Shown here: in pieces, positions 14,295 through 30,206 of the stretch
Numbering within the stretch: position 1 is the stretch's first letter
Layout: each line of letters starts with the position of its first letter
Assembly: GCA_964016885.1 (NCBI GenBank)
Contig: OZ024754.1
Span: forward strand, 27,466,001 to 27,530,000
From: Eledone cirrhosa
Taxonomy: Eukaryota
DNA length: 64,000 nt
Direction: 5' to 3'
Translations under genes and position numbers: made by a program
Notes under the pieces: generated by a model
What the model was told of the DNA's origin: nothing
The model's database searches: none
What the model saw: only the letters and a program-made list of their open reading frames with translations

Positions 14295-14328
14295 ATACGT
14301 GTGTGTGTATGTATATGTGTGTGGTTAA

Positions 14329-14757
14329 CACCACAATATAAAGCGCACCTACATCGGCGCAACATCCACGACCTTTAAATCGCGGATTTATAACCACACA
14401 AACTCTTTCAAGGACCGGAGCAAGAGGCACTCTACTAGGTTGGCGGACCTGGTGTGGGTCTTGAAAGACAAAGGCACCCCGTATGCCCTCAACTGGAGTA
14501 TCGTCCGGCACGCGAATGCATATTCGGCTGGAAATAGAAAATGTAGGCTATGCTTATCCGAAGCCATGGAGATAGTCAGACTGAAGGATGATGCGGTCAA
14601 CCTGTAATCGGAAATAATCATGACGTGCAGACACCAGAGAAGGTGCACACTCTCCGCATGGAATCCACCGGGCACCCAAGCTAAAGGCATGCGGCGGAGC
14701 GCACGCCGACCACGGCGGCGAAACGGGTTCGAGGGATCAGACACCATACCCTGTTGA
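14329..14757 (+). pseudogene. Naiad-like PLE GIY-YIG C-terminal fragment (absent from the ORF track)
   Basis: Manual translation: TYIGATSTTFKSRIYNHTNSF..LVWVLKDKGTPYALNWSIV..KCRLCLSE..NL*SEIIMTCRH; TAA at 14605. Confidence 0.85.
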
Positions 14758-15332
14758 CTATATATGCCCCGTGAGGCAAGCCGAAAAAACCCAGAATGCC
14801 TACCCGACTCTGCACGTCCCCCTAGGCAAAAACATCGCCTGGGCCGGGACAGGCTGACCCGGATTCCATTGATACTCAGCCAAGTGCCTTACAACAATAA
14901 GACACTATACCTCAGCCACAGTTATATACTCCAGTATGGCCGGTCCACGCACCACAATGCATGTGTATCTTTTCAGTAGAGAGTGCATACTCTCCACACA
15001 TTCCTATTTGTAACACCTAATGTGTTTTCCGTGTACAGACCCACGTGTGTATCTCATACTTCTCCTGCGTACTATCTCATATACATACACGTTCCTTCTT
15101 TTTTTTATATATATTTTGCACGCATTTTCTATGTACGGTCTGCGCATACTATTTACTGTATTACCATGAACGCACATTGTGTGGCTTTGAGTGAAGATTC
15201 CATACGTGGATTGATCCATGTTCGCAACGTAACAACATCTCTGTAGGCACATATAACAAGGTGCACCCTTTCATGTATAGACCACTGTGTATATTTATGT
15301 GCCGTTATATGTATATTTTTAAAATATATTTA

Positions 15333-16489
<1,157 letters not shown>

Positions 16490-16565
16490 TGTTACCTTTT
16501 TACACCAACGTTTGCAAATTTCTGTCTTATATGTTTATACACTAGATATGGCTTTCTATAATAAT

Positions 16566-16698
16566 TGTTTCTACTTTTGGCACAAGGCCAGCAATTACCC
16601 AGTGTATTACTGGTACTTTATTTTATCGACCCCGTAAGGATGAAAGGCAAAGTTAACCTCGGCGGGGTTTGAACTCAGATCATAAAGGGACGTAACTT
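16566..16698 (-). mobile_element. 5'-truncated Nin-type SINE with 19-bp TSD, inside a PLE 3' UTR
   Basis: TATGGCTTTCTATAATAAT at 16547-16565 and 16699-16717. Confidence 0.9.
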
Positions 16699-17050
16699 TA
16701 TGGCTTTCTATAATAATAGTACTAAACACTGTTTTTCTGGACCCCTTTAGAAATAACCTGCTACTATAATAGCCCTAATAACTTGTCTGTGACATTGTAC
16801 CACTTTGACCCCTTTAACTAAATTTTGTCCGAACAACACCACTAGAAGTATCTACTTCCCAGCCAACCTTAGCACGCCTCATTAAGCTAACTGCTGCAAA
16901 AACATTCTCTCTTCACAATCTCTACTAGTCTGACAGTCTTAAACCCTAAGATCCCTCCACCTTACTCACTTCCCTCTTCCCCTTCTCTTCCTACCTCCTT
17001 CTTTATCTTTTATCTAGTGTATAAAATATTTTCATATCATTCTAATACAA

Positions 17051-17167
17051 AGGTCTGATGACAGGATGTGTTGGCTTACAGTGTACTTTCGGTTTTTGAT
17101 AATATTTGTGTATTATTCAAATAGCGAGGTATAGGTAACTCATACACTATAGAAACAATTGTTACCT
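17051..17167 (+). ncRNA. Type I hammerhead ribozyme with ~90-nt extended stem II
   Basis: AGGT-CTGATGA-[long irregular hairpin]-GAAA-CAATTG-TT|ACCT-AATAAA. Confidence 0.7.
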
Positions 17168-17226
17168 AATAAATTCTATATACCCGCATTTCCATTTCGT
17201 AAATTTTTTCTCCATATATATACATA

Positions 17227-17257
<31 letters not shown>

Positions 17258-17779
17258 TTTTTTTATATATGTATATATTTATAACAAGATGCCTCCTTTC
17301 AAATATAACCCATTGTGTATCTTTATATGACTTACTGTGTATATTCTTTTTGTGTATATATATATTTTATTTTTTATTTTTTTTATGCCTGCGCGGGTGT
17401 GTATATGAATATGCGCATATTTGTAAGAGTGTATATGAACCAGTGTGTGTGTGTGTGTACAAGCACCCGTGTAGGGAAAGGGCTTGTTTGTGTGTATATA
17501 TGTGTGTTTGCGAGCGAGTGTGTATCTGTGTGTGTATATATGTATATGGGTAGGTGTGTGTATAGCGGGCGTCGATGCGTACGACTCTATGTGATTGCGT
17601 GTGTGTGTGTGCGCGCGCGCGCGTGGATGTGTGAACTACCAAACGCAGCAGTAATTCATTGAAGTGTAGCAGACTTGGGGCAGCTAACGCCCTGATCGTC
17701 AGCGGACTGGTACCTGTGGTCAGAATTATGATGACGTAGACAACCAGCAGCCAATCACAGGATGCACGAAGAGGATGAA

Positions 17780-18181
<402 letters not shown>

Positions 18182-18225
18182 TATATATATATATATATAT
18201 GCATATATATATATATATATATATA

Positions 18226-18254
<29 letters not shown>

Positions 18255-18261
<7 letters not shown>

Positions 18262-20287
18262 TATAGAGAAAAATACTGCAGGTAGCACATGGTAACATGT
18301 AATAAAATAAGTCCCTCATCAGTGATTTGCCGAAGATCATAGATATTTCATTGCATTAAAAATCATATATCTCACTTCGGTGCAATAATAACCAAAATAA
18401 GTTATTAGGACAATTAAAACGCGTAAAGCGAGTGAGACAGGAGAACAACAGAAAATATAGCATACCTTAGGGGAGAAACAAGCTTCAAAAATTATTCTGT
18501 TTAGCATAAGCTAGGTGAATATATGAGAGCTTAGAGAATAGTACCAACACGAACGAAAGCTATTGAGCAGAGAGAGAAAAAATAGCGTTCGTGAGTGCAG
18601 GATGAAATGAAGAGAAGAGGGAGAAAAACAGTGAGTGAGTGAAAGTGTGAGGAAGAGTTAACGGACAAGACAGAGGGGGAGAAACAGAGAGAATGGGGGA
18701 ACAGTAAGAGAGAGAGAAAAAAACACAGAATCGCAATGGTAAATATATGTATTAAAATATAGAGAAAAATACTGCAGGTAGCACATGGTAACATGTAATA
18801 AAATAAGTCCCTCATCAGTGATTTGTCGAAGATCATAGATATTTCATTGCATTAAAAATCATATATCTCACTTCGGTGCAATAATAACCAAAATAAGTTA
18901 TTAGGACAATTAAAACGCGTAAAGCGAGTGAGACAGGAGAACAACAGAAAATATAGCATACCTTAGGGGAGAAACAAGCTTCAAAAATTATTCTGTTTAG
19001 CATAAGCTAGGTGAATATATGAGAGCTTAGAGAATAGTACCAACACGAACGAAAGCTATTGAGCAGAGAGAGAAAAAATAGCGTTCGTGAGTGCAGGATG
19101 AAATGAAGAGAAGAGGGAGAAAAACAGTGAGTGAGTGAGTGAAAGTGTGAGGAAGAGTTAACGGACAAGACAGAGGGGGAGAAACAGAGAGAATGGGGGA
19201 ACAGTAAGAGAGAGAGAAAAAAACACAGAATCGCAGTGGTAAATATATGTATTAAAATATAGAGAAAAATACTGCAGGTAGCACATGGTAACATGTAATA
19301 AAATAAGTCCCTCATCAGTGATTTGCCGAAGATCATAGATATTTCATTGCATTAAAAATCATATATCTCACTTCGGTGCAATAATAACCAAAATAAGTTA
19401 TTAGGACAATTAAAACGCGTAAAGCGAGTGAGACAGGAGAACAACAGAAAATATAGCATGCCTTAGGGGAGAAACAAGCTTCAAAAATTATTCTGTTTAG
19501 CATAAGCTAGGTGAATATATGAGAGCTTAGAGAATAGTACCAACACGAACGAAAGCTATTGAGCAGAGAGAAAAAAAATAGCGTTCGTGAGTGCAGGATG
19601 AAATGAAGAGAAGAGGGAGAAAAACAGTGAGTGAGTGAAAGTGTGAGGAAGAGTTAACGGACAAGACAGAGGGGGAGAAACAGAGAGAATGGGGGAACAG
19701 TAAGAGAGAGAGAAAAAAACACAGAATCGCAGTGGTAAATATATGTATTAAAATATAGAGAAAAATACTGCAGGTAGCACATGGTAACATGTAATAAAAT
19801 AAGTCCCTCATCAGTGATTTGCCGAAGATCATAGATATTTCATTGCATTAAAAATCATATATCTCACTTCGGTGCAATAATAACCAAAATAAGTTATTAG
19901 GACAATTAAAACGCGTAAAGCGAGTGAGACAGGAGAACAACAGAAAATATAGCATACCTTAGGGGAGAAACAAGCTTCAAAAATTATTCTGTTTAGCATA
20001 AGCTAGGTGAATATATGAGAGCTTAGAGAATAGTACCAACACGAACGAAAGCTATTGAGCAGAGAGAGAAAAAATAGCGTTCGTGAGTGCAGGATGAAAT
20101 GAAGAGAAGAGGGAGAAAAACAGTGAGTGAGTGAAAGTGTGAGGAAGAGTTAACGGACAAGACAGAGGGGGAGAAACAGAGAGAATGGGGGAACAGTAAG
20201 AGAGAGCGAAAAAAACACAGAATCGCAGTGGTAAATATATGTATTAAAATATAGAGAAAAATACTGCAGGTAGCACATGGTAACATA
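18255..20287 (-). repeat. Tandem array of ~496-bp units (4.1 copies) with HHR-like cores
   Basis: Unit starts at 18255, 18751, 19251, 19747, 20243; near-identical; CTGATGA and GAAA on the minus strand. Confidence 0.9.
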
Positions 20288-20473
20288 TAGTTAAAAGAAT
20301 AGAGGAGTAACACACAAGTTATTATATATTGGTAAACAGAATAGAAAATGCTGACAAATTGTTCACAGTTGAAAAATGGTTTAATTAGGAATAAAAGAGT
20401 ATTTGTGATTGTATGGGTTAGTATTCAGTTGTGGTTTTAAGTTCTTAAGTTTTTACCGGTTGCGCATTTCTAA

Positions 20474-21736
20474 ATGCTTTTCATCTTGGAGAACAATTAC
20501 TTCGTTTTCAATAACAAACCCTACAGGCAGAAATCTGGGACCGCTATGGGAACGAAAACAGCCCCTACTTATGCCATCCTAGTCATGGGATACCTGGAAA
20601 TCACCCTCTACACTAAAGTCCTAAACAAATTTGGAAACACCCTCCACTTACACATTGAAAGGAACTGGAAGCGATATCTAGATGACTGCTTCATCCTTTG
20701 GCACGAAAACATCGAAAAACTTAAAGAATTTCACACCCTTATAAATGGGCTCAACACAAATATTAACTTCACGATGGAATACAGTCATCAACAACTCCCC
20801 TTCCTCGACATCCTCATTAAGATCCATAACAAAAAAATAGAAACAGACATATACTACAAGCCCACAGACTCCAAGCAATATCTCCCCTTCAACTCTTGCC
20901 ACCCTAGACACGTTAAAATTAATATTCCCTACAACTTAGCCAAGAGAATCTGTACTGTAGTCTCCAATAAAAACATCTGCTACTTACGGCTACAAGAACT
21001 AAAGGACACACTCATAGGCAGGGACTACCCTGCATCACTAATTGACAATGGAATCCAACGTGCCCTAAAACTCAGTACCCAGGACCTTAGACACCCTAAA
21101 GTAAATCAACCAAAACTAAAAGCTCTTCCATACATCTCCACACACAACCCCCTCATCAATGAGGCCTTTGACACCATCCTCCAGAACATCCCTGTATTGA
21201 AAAAGGACCATAGAATGAACCAAATTCTACGAACACACGATATCATAAAGAGCAAAAGACAATCCAAGTCAATGAAAAACATCTTAACACATGCCAAAGT
21301 ACTGCCAACCACAACAACGAAACCCACAGTTAAAAAATGCGATAGACCCAACTGTGGCATTTGCATCAACCTAATAGAGTGTTCGGAATTCTATTTCAAA
21401 GATGGACAACGTTTTATAGTAAAACACAATTTCACATGTGCATCGGAAAATCTAATATATGTATTAACTTGTTCAGGTTGTCGAGAACAATACATAGGCC
21501 AGACCAAAAACAGCCTCCGCCAACGCATGACTGTCCATAGATCCCAAATTAAAATACGGGAATACAGGAAAATACCACTGAGTGAACACATTGATACCTG
21601 TGCCGCCCAAAATCATCCCAACTTCAGAATCTTTCCCCTCTACAAATTTAAAGATAATGCCACCCACACCCAGCGCATCAGCAAGGAATCTTACTTCATT
21701 AACAAATACGGACCCCGTCTAAACACTTCTCCCTAA
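20474..21736 (+). CDS. PLE reverse transcriptase (C-terminal half) + GIY-YIG endonuclease, Neptune-like
   Basis: GTAMGT, RYLDD, LPFLD, YYKPT, SCHP, CxxxxCxxC linker (CDRPNCGIC), NLIY..CSGC..YIGQT; open frame, ATG supplied by the inverted pLTR. Confidence 0.92.
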   Translation: MLFILENNYFVFNNKPYRQKSGTAMGTKTAPTYAILVMGYLEITLYTKVLNKFGNTLHLHIERNWKRYLDDCFILWHENIEKLKEFHTLINGLNTNINFTMEYSHQQLPFLDILIKIHNKKIETDIYYKPTDSKQYLPFNSCHPRHVKINIPYNLAKRICTVVSNKNICYLRLQELKDTLIGRDYPASLIDNGIQRALKLSTQDLRHPKVNQPKLKALPYISTHNPLINEAFDTILQNIPVLKKDHRMNQILRTHDIIKSKRQSKSMKNILTHAKVLPTTTTKPTVKKCDRPNCGICINLIECSEFYFKDGQRFIVKHNFTCASENLIYVLTCSGCREQYIGQTKNSLRQRMTVHRSQIKIREYRKIPLSEHIDTCAAQNHPNFRIFPLYKFKDNATHTQRISKESYFINKYGPRLNTSP

Positions 21737-22254
21737 GATGAACCCACAACATACACACGTCAACATACATACCTACATCAGTACACATCTCTACCCACAT
21801 ATAAACACAATGACACACGTAAACACACATGCTCTATGGTGCAATACAAAAAAATATATGTGCATATATATGTATGTATATATGTATATATATATGTAGT
21901 GAATATATGTATGTGTATATATATATAGTGAATATCATTTCACACCTTTTATTGTTAAGATTTTTGATGTTCTATTAAGAGAACCGATTTTACTGAAAAA
22001 ATCGAATAATGTACACCATTTTACCAGGGGGAAAAAAATACTGGTCCACCCACACACACACACACACACACACATATATACACAAACACATACACACGCG
22101 TACATCAACATACAAAGAGACTTATACACACACACACACACACACGCGCGCGCACTTCTCCGTATAAGACAAAAGCTGAAAAATATCTTTTGACATGCTA
22201 AAATACCCCCCATTGCTTTCAGACACATTCTTACTGACCATCGAATTACTCTGC

Positions 22255-22385
<131 letters not shown>

Positions 22386-22456
22386 ATCTTAATAGCCATT
22401 TGACACACATCGCTGCTGGCCATTGTCGCAGCATCGCACACCTTACTACTACTACT

Positions 22457-22503
<47 letters not shown>

Positions 22504-22545
22504 TACACACACACACCTATTTGTTGTGAAAGAGTCATTTCTCAA

Positions 22546-22773
22546 TCTTGGCGCAAAACCAATTTTTTATCCACATGACCTCTACCGACCAATCAAAATT
22601 GTTTTGACCAAGAATTTTTGCTGGAGCCACTTTTTTAACATAAAAACAGTCTTGGCGCAAAATCAACTTTTTACATTCACATGACCTCTACCGACCAATC
22701 AAAATTGTTTTGACCACAAGCATTTTTGCAACACAAAAATAACGCTGGAGCCACTTTTTTAACATAAAAACAG
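22546..22773 (+). repeat. ~105-bp tandem duplication with CCAAT boxes in the PLE 3' region
   Basis: TCTTGGCGCAAAA...GACCAATCA...AACATAAAAACAG twice. Confidence 0.8.
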
Positions 22774-22989
22774 GTAGAATTCCCAAAACTAATCAGATCA
22801 GAGCAAACAGCACGGACACTCTATCTCAAAATTATTTTTGAAAAGCATTTAGAAATGCGCAACCGGTAAAAACTTAAAAACTTAAAACCACAACTGAATA
22901 CTAACCCATACAATCACTAATACTCTTTTATTCCTAATTAAACCATTTTTCAACTGTGAACAATTTGTCAGCATTTTCTATTCCGTTTA

Positions 22990-23043
<54 letters not shown>

Positions 23044-23047
23044 TATA

Positions 23048-23124
<77 letters not shown>

Positions 23125-24798
23125 TATATATATATATGTATATGATTGTAGTCCGTGCTTATACATACTGTATGTTTATGTTTCGTAACCTAGATGTTTG
23201 ATAGAATGGAGTTTATAGGATAAATACCAGAATTCAAAAACAAATTATTGCAATCAATGTGATCAACTAAATCTTTTTACTGCGTTGCTTCAACATGGTC
23301 ACAGTCGAAGGATCGAACTTAATATAAGAGTAAAAGACTATTCGATATTTATTTTTTTCAGTTTTATGTGCGTATTGCTTACCAAATTAGAAAGAAAAGC
23401 CCACAAAAGGAAACTATATATTTAAAGATGCATTAACTTAGATTTTAGTTTTATTGTAGACTCGAATAACGAAAGATTTAACTCCTACGTCTAATATGAA
23501 ACGATACATCATCGCTTGTCACAGCAGTTTATTCCACATTATTCATTGAAAGGTTTTTGACGCCATTTTCATACATATTCATTAAGTATCAAACGTGAAT
23601 CAATTTGAATATATAGAAACAAAGCATTGGTGTAAATCTATGCCGACGTATGCAATCATTGACAGAACAACAATCTTTTCTATATATTTATTTATTTAAT
23701 CAATTTAAGCGTTCGTATAAAGCTGGTAATCCATGGGAGACTGAGAAATATATCCAATACTCATTATATATAGGATGAAACAAAACCAAGTGATATATGT
23801 CTGTATATGTATGTATGTTTATACATTTAGTCAATTCCAAACTCCCGTAAAGCTTCTAAGCAATGGTAGACTCAGAAAGGTATCTAATGCCACTTCGGAA
23901 GCAATAAAAAAAGGGAAAAAGCTATCAAGAAACGAAAGAGATAGAAAAATGAACAGAAAATGGTTTCTGTTGTTAAATCATTTTGTTGAATTCGGAGATC
24001 ATATTTATTGGTAGATCATGGAAACTAATTCCAGCCTTGACAGCCTTTTTAAGTCCAATTGTAAAATGTCCTCTCTCTCACAATGGCAATGTTTCTGTTG
24101 TTAAATACTTTCGTAACCTCTGAAAATTGGAAATCATATTTATGATTGAGAATAAATTGCATTTCCAAACTTGGTAGGCTTTTTAAGCCGTGTGTGTTTT
24201 AAAATATCTTCTCCCGGACTAGTAATATTACCGGATTAAATATTGACATAATGTTTCTGGATAGTCGCCACAAAAACATAAAAGGGATTACATACAAGCT
24301 ATTCGTGCATATATACTTTTAAAGATATGTATGTTCCGTTTGAATCCAACGAATTCTATTTCATGTTGTATTATATGAAACCTACTCAGTTATATGAGAA
24401 TGGATTTTGTGACTCGTTATGAAAATTCATGAAGTATGTGCAGATTGTATTATATGGGGATTAAATCATGTATATAATTTATGAAATATGTGGTGATTAA
24501 GTTGTATGCATATATATGTATGTATATATATATAACCAAAGATTAATATGGTTCGTTGATTACTCAATGAATACAATAGATTAAAAGCACTCAAAAGTAA
24601 AGTTTTCCTGGAGTTTTAAATATTATTCAAAATATTAACAAATGAAAGATATTCACATAATCAAAATATATGCTTTTTTTATATATATTTCAAAGGTACT
24701 GAGTTTTTTTTTCAGTACGTCCTCATCAGATAAAATACATGATTTGATATATGACATACCGCTACGGTCTTGATTATACAATTCCAGTATTGGCAGTC

Positions 24799-24854
<56 letters not shown>

Positions 24855-24978
24855 TTGTGTGTGTGTGTGTGTGTATGTATATATGTACATATATATATAC
24901 ATATATACATACATACACACATATATATATATATACATATATACATAGACACACATATATATATACATATATATATAT

Positions 24979-25029
<51 letters not shown>

Positions 25030-25348
25030 CATTCACACACACACACATATATATATACATATATATGCATACAACTTAATCACCACATACTTCATAAATT
25101 ATATACATGATTTATATACATATATATATATACTCATGTGTGTGTGTATCTGTGTGTGTATCTGTGTGTGCGTGTAGATCCCGAGTTAAATCAGCGGTAA
25201 CCACAATTGATAAGGTACTCAATTAATTAGTAGAGTGTAAACATCATTAGTTAAGCTAGAAATGGAATCTACAAGACTGATGGTTTCATACAAACAGTTC
25301 TAGTGCCGTTGAAGACATTTCTATATTATATAATGATATATATTATAT

Positions 25349-25522
25349 AATTGTTTCTACCTTTTGGCACAAGGCCAGCAATTACCCACTGCATTACTGG
25401 TACTTTATTTTATCGACCCCATAAGGATAAAAGGCAAAGTTAACCTCGACGGGATTTGAACTCAGAATGGCAAGGGCCGTAACTCTATGCGTCAAAGCAT
25501 GGCGTCCGACCCTCTACCGATA
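25349..25522 (-). mobile_element. Nin-type SINE, slightly 5'-truncated
   Basis: Reverse complement of the 2835-3005 family sequence. Confidence 0.85.
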
Positions 25523-25538
25523 CATATGTATGTATATA

Positions 25539-25593
<55 letters not shown>

Positions 25594-26201
25594 GTGTGTG
25601 TGTGTCTGTCTGTGTGTGTGCGCGTGTGTGTGCACATATATAATATATACATACGTATACACATATATACATATAAGTATACGAAATATATGATAACTAT
25701 TAACCAGCTCACTACACACGATGCAGTTCATTTTAGACAGTCTATTTATAACAGTAATGTAGTAGCTAAAATACGTTATGAATCATCTGATATAAAATAT
25801 AACGAACACATGCAATCATTCGTTGTTCATTGTATTAAAAACAGATCACAGGAAAGTTTTATTTTCATTTCATTGCTCTGATGTCAATAGAGAATTTTTT
25901 ATTGATTTTTTTCCTTTCAGAACTTTACACAAGGTTAGATTTAGGAAAACAATATTTTCTAAAATGTCTTTTAAAAGAAAATATCACTATCAATTTCAAC
26001 GTAATATTGACAAATTATTTCTGTTCAAAGATCGGTAAAAGTCATAATTTCTCTATCAATGTTTCTCCCTCGATATCCTACAAGGTAATATTTCCATAAT
26101 TCTGACCATTGGAACCATGACGTAACATCCATCCAATCATTTGCAAAGGACGTGCGGAGATTGCATTATCAAAGAGTGTTTTATATATATATATATATTG
26201 T

Positions 26202-26234
<33 letters not shown>

Positions 26235-26435
26235 TGATCTTCATCCAGTACAGATTTGCAATTGAAGAATGCAATTGAAGTCTTGAAGAAAATTTCACGT
26301 TTCGATGATTTTCAAACGTTAAGTGATGGAGAGATGTGCAGCTATGTGTGTGTGCATGTTTGTATGTGTGTGTGCGTGTGGGTATGTGCGTGTCTGTGTG
26401 CGTCAACATTTATTTCACGAGTATATTGTCCTGTC

Positions 26436-26481
<46 letters not shown>

Positions 26482-26979
26482 ACAGACGCACATTTATTTC
26501 ATAAGCAGATTGCCGTGTTGATCTATTCAAAAGGAATACACTTCGTCGCAAGCGACGGAGGTTCAACAACACACACACACAAACACATTCACATACACAC
26601 ACGCACATACATACACATATCGACACATAAACACACATATACATGCATACACACATACACAAACATACACACATGCATACACGCACACATACACATCTTT
26701 CATAGGAAAATATTTCTATAGTGTTATTCAAATATGGTTTTATACAAGTTTAAGTTTATTCAATCTTAAACTGTAGAAATCATTTTCTCCAGCCATATTC
26801 CTTTCATTGTAATTATACAATTTTCCACTAAATAATGCAATTATAAATAAAGTTACAATAATTATAAAGAATTGAACTCTTAACTACTCTCATTTCATGA
26901 AATAATTACTATATTTCATTCCTATTTTATAACTATTATTTATACATACACACGCAAACATACATGCATATATGTGTGC

Positions 26980-27017
<38 letters not shown>

Positions 27018-28472
27018 GTGTGTGTGTGTAAGTGGGTATGTGTGTGTAAGTGGGTATGTGTGTGTGTGTAAGTGTGTGCGTGTGTGTGTATGTGTGTATG
27101 TGTGTGTATCTACATAGACACATGCATAAATATACATAATACATTATGTATATATATATCAGTATGTAAGTGTTTATATATATATATATATACACACACA
27201 CAATTCTACTGCTTTCTTTTTAATTTACTGTGAAACATTTTAAACGTATTTTGTTATGATCTCTGAATAATTGAAGATATTTTTAGTTGGACCTCCGTAA
27301 TTCTTCATTCATATGGAAATATTTCATGTTTAATGTTTTAAATGTTTCCAGTCTATCCATCACTTTGAATTAGAACATTTTAAATTCCATATTTCATTAT
27401 TGAGTGCCTCTCTATTTGATTGCCTCATTTTAATACATACCTATGAACCTATACTCAGTGACACCTTATTTCTAGCTTCTTGAAAAACTACCCCTTTAGC
27501 GCTGAACTTAGGTGGATAAATAGTTTTGCGAAAACCTATACCTTATAAAAAACGAAGCGTTTTTCATTACATTCGATATTGCAAAATGTTATGATTAAGT
27601 ACACACATACATTTTATGATAAACTAAAACGGTTCTATTAAAAGATTGTTATATACACTTTCTAAATGTATTCTTTTTCTTCTATATTTTCTTGTAGATT
27701 TATATTTTTTTCATCTAAGGTAACATCCATCCCATATGGGTAGTCATATACAAACACCGCCCTAGGGTATATAAAATATGATTGTTATTGACATAAAATT
27801 TTCAATACATAATTTGCAAGTATTGACACAACATACGTTATTTCGATGCTATGAATTCATTTAGGGCAAAACTGATTCCAAGCGAAAAACGTGACTCCAA
27901 TCGATTAAATATACTTAAATATGATATATTGTGATCAAGTGGCAGCAAGGAAAACTTCCACGATGTAGGAGGCTAAAGATCAAATTCATAAAATTATCAA
28001 TATACTGAATGTCAAAGAGAATTCTTTCATTATCAAACCTACGATATTTTGCCCTAGAAGAGTCATATATTCCAGAATTTTTATTCATAATATATTAACA
28101 GCTTCAATTGGGAAAATATTTGCATCGAATAAATGATATGGTTGTTGAACACTATTTATAAAGATGACTTTATACGTTTTACATAATTTTTGTTTTGTTT
28201 GTTTTTTACTGACAGTACAACGAAAGCATAACTGATGACTAACTGCTAAAAAACACATTACATATTAATAATAAATGTTTGTTTGCTTTCTTTTTAAGAT
28301 ATTTGTTTTTGTCTTGGAATGCGTCCATAGATGGGGATTGGACACAATCATTGGAGCGTCGGATTAAATACTTCAGAATTAGTTCCGTCTCTCTGCGTGC
28401 TTGGTTCCATTTCTGCCGAGATGAAATGTGCCTTTCCTTCCGGTTGGTATTGATAAATAACGTCCCAGTCTA

Positions 28473-28562
28473 GGGCAAATGGGTTGGCAGAGTTGTTAGA
28501 GAGTCGGGTGTGATGCATTACATTGTCTAATCAGGGTGTGCGTTCTGAGTTCAAATCCGCTC
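28473..28562 (+). mobile_element. Diverged SINE tRNA head
   Basis: TTGGCAGAGTTGTTAGA...CTGAGTTCAAATCC. Confidence 0.5.
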
Positions 28563-28924
28563 CATTTTGCCAGGGATTACGAACGGTAATTAGCAATGGA
28601 AAATCCAATGGAAACATTACTTCCTTTGTCTGATCGGATGATCAGCTCATTTAGTTTGCCTTCTTACGCATGAACTTAGATACAAGTGTATTACATTAAT
28701 AAGATTCAACTGACAGGTTTATAAGTATAATACGCTAATAAGTTTCAGCTGACAAGATTATAATAAATATATTTATTCTGGAAACAGATTTCTATTATGT
28801 AAATATATATACTGAATACATCCTCTAAAACAAGAGCAAGTTACAAAAAACATGAAAACCGCAGTGAAAAACAACGAACACTGCAAACAAACCCTTCTAT
28901 AAAATCATCACAAAATATATATAT

Positions 28925-29258
28925 ATATAATTAGTGTTAGATGCTTAAAGCGTCCGTATGCGGTAGGTCGTATGAGCACTCAATGCCCTCGTAGAGCAGA
29001 GTATGATATCACAGAGAAAAGAGAATCAGTGTTGCGACGAAAGGAATTTATTGGATATATTACAAATGTTTCTCTGGTGACCAGCTCGAGGCACGATCGA
29101 TATGGTGACCACACCTGACTCTGAAATCAACACGGTCGTCGGATACGTCTCGATTCTACGATTCTCGATTCTCGATTCTCGGTCGCCCGAGAAACATTTG
29201 TAATATGTCCAATAAATTCCTTTCGTCGCAACACTGATTCTCTTTTTTCTGTGATATA
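28925..29258 (-). mobile_element. Fold-back PLE-type element with tail
   Basis: Arms 29003-29083 and 29181-29258; tail on the left; CCGACGA...GAAACATTTGTA on the minus strand. Confidence 0.7.
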
Positions 29259-29264
29259 TATATT

Positions 29265-29941
<677 letters not shown>

Positions 29942-30161
29942 AATTAAGTTAAAAATGTACATCCACATATGTATACTGAAATACTAGTATGCATATGAAT
30001 ACACACACGTGTACATATGTAGATGTACCGAGTTTTCACTGGTCACTTTACTGTGAGTGTCCAGCTATTCTGTATGTAAACACACAGACAAACCGGTTTT
30101 TAGAGTCATACTGGTTTTTGAGGAAACACCTTTCCTCTATTCTCCAGAAAGCCAGACAAGG

Positions 30162-30206
30162 AATATTGGACTAGTTTCGATGTTGTTACATCTCATCAGC
30201 AATATT
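30162..30206 (-). ncRNA. Type I hammerhead ribozyme (also at 30627, 31092, 31557, 32022)
   Basis: Reverse complement of the motif at 32586. Confidence 0.92.

Noticed and set aside
15188-15225. HHR at the end of the 14329 element (GTGAAGA-TTCCA TACG TGGAT)
   Set aside because: Lacks C3 and GAAA; at most a decayed remnant
23960-24215. Diverged ~130-bp tandem duplication
   Set aside because: Two degenerate copies with no ORF or ribozyme core; no functional signal
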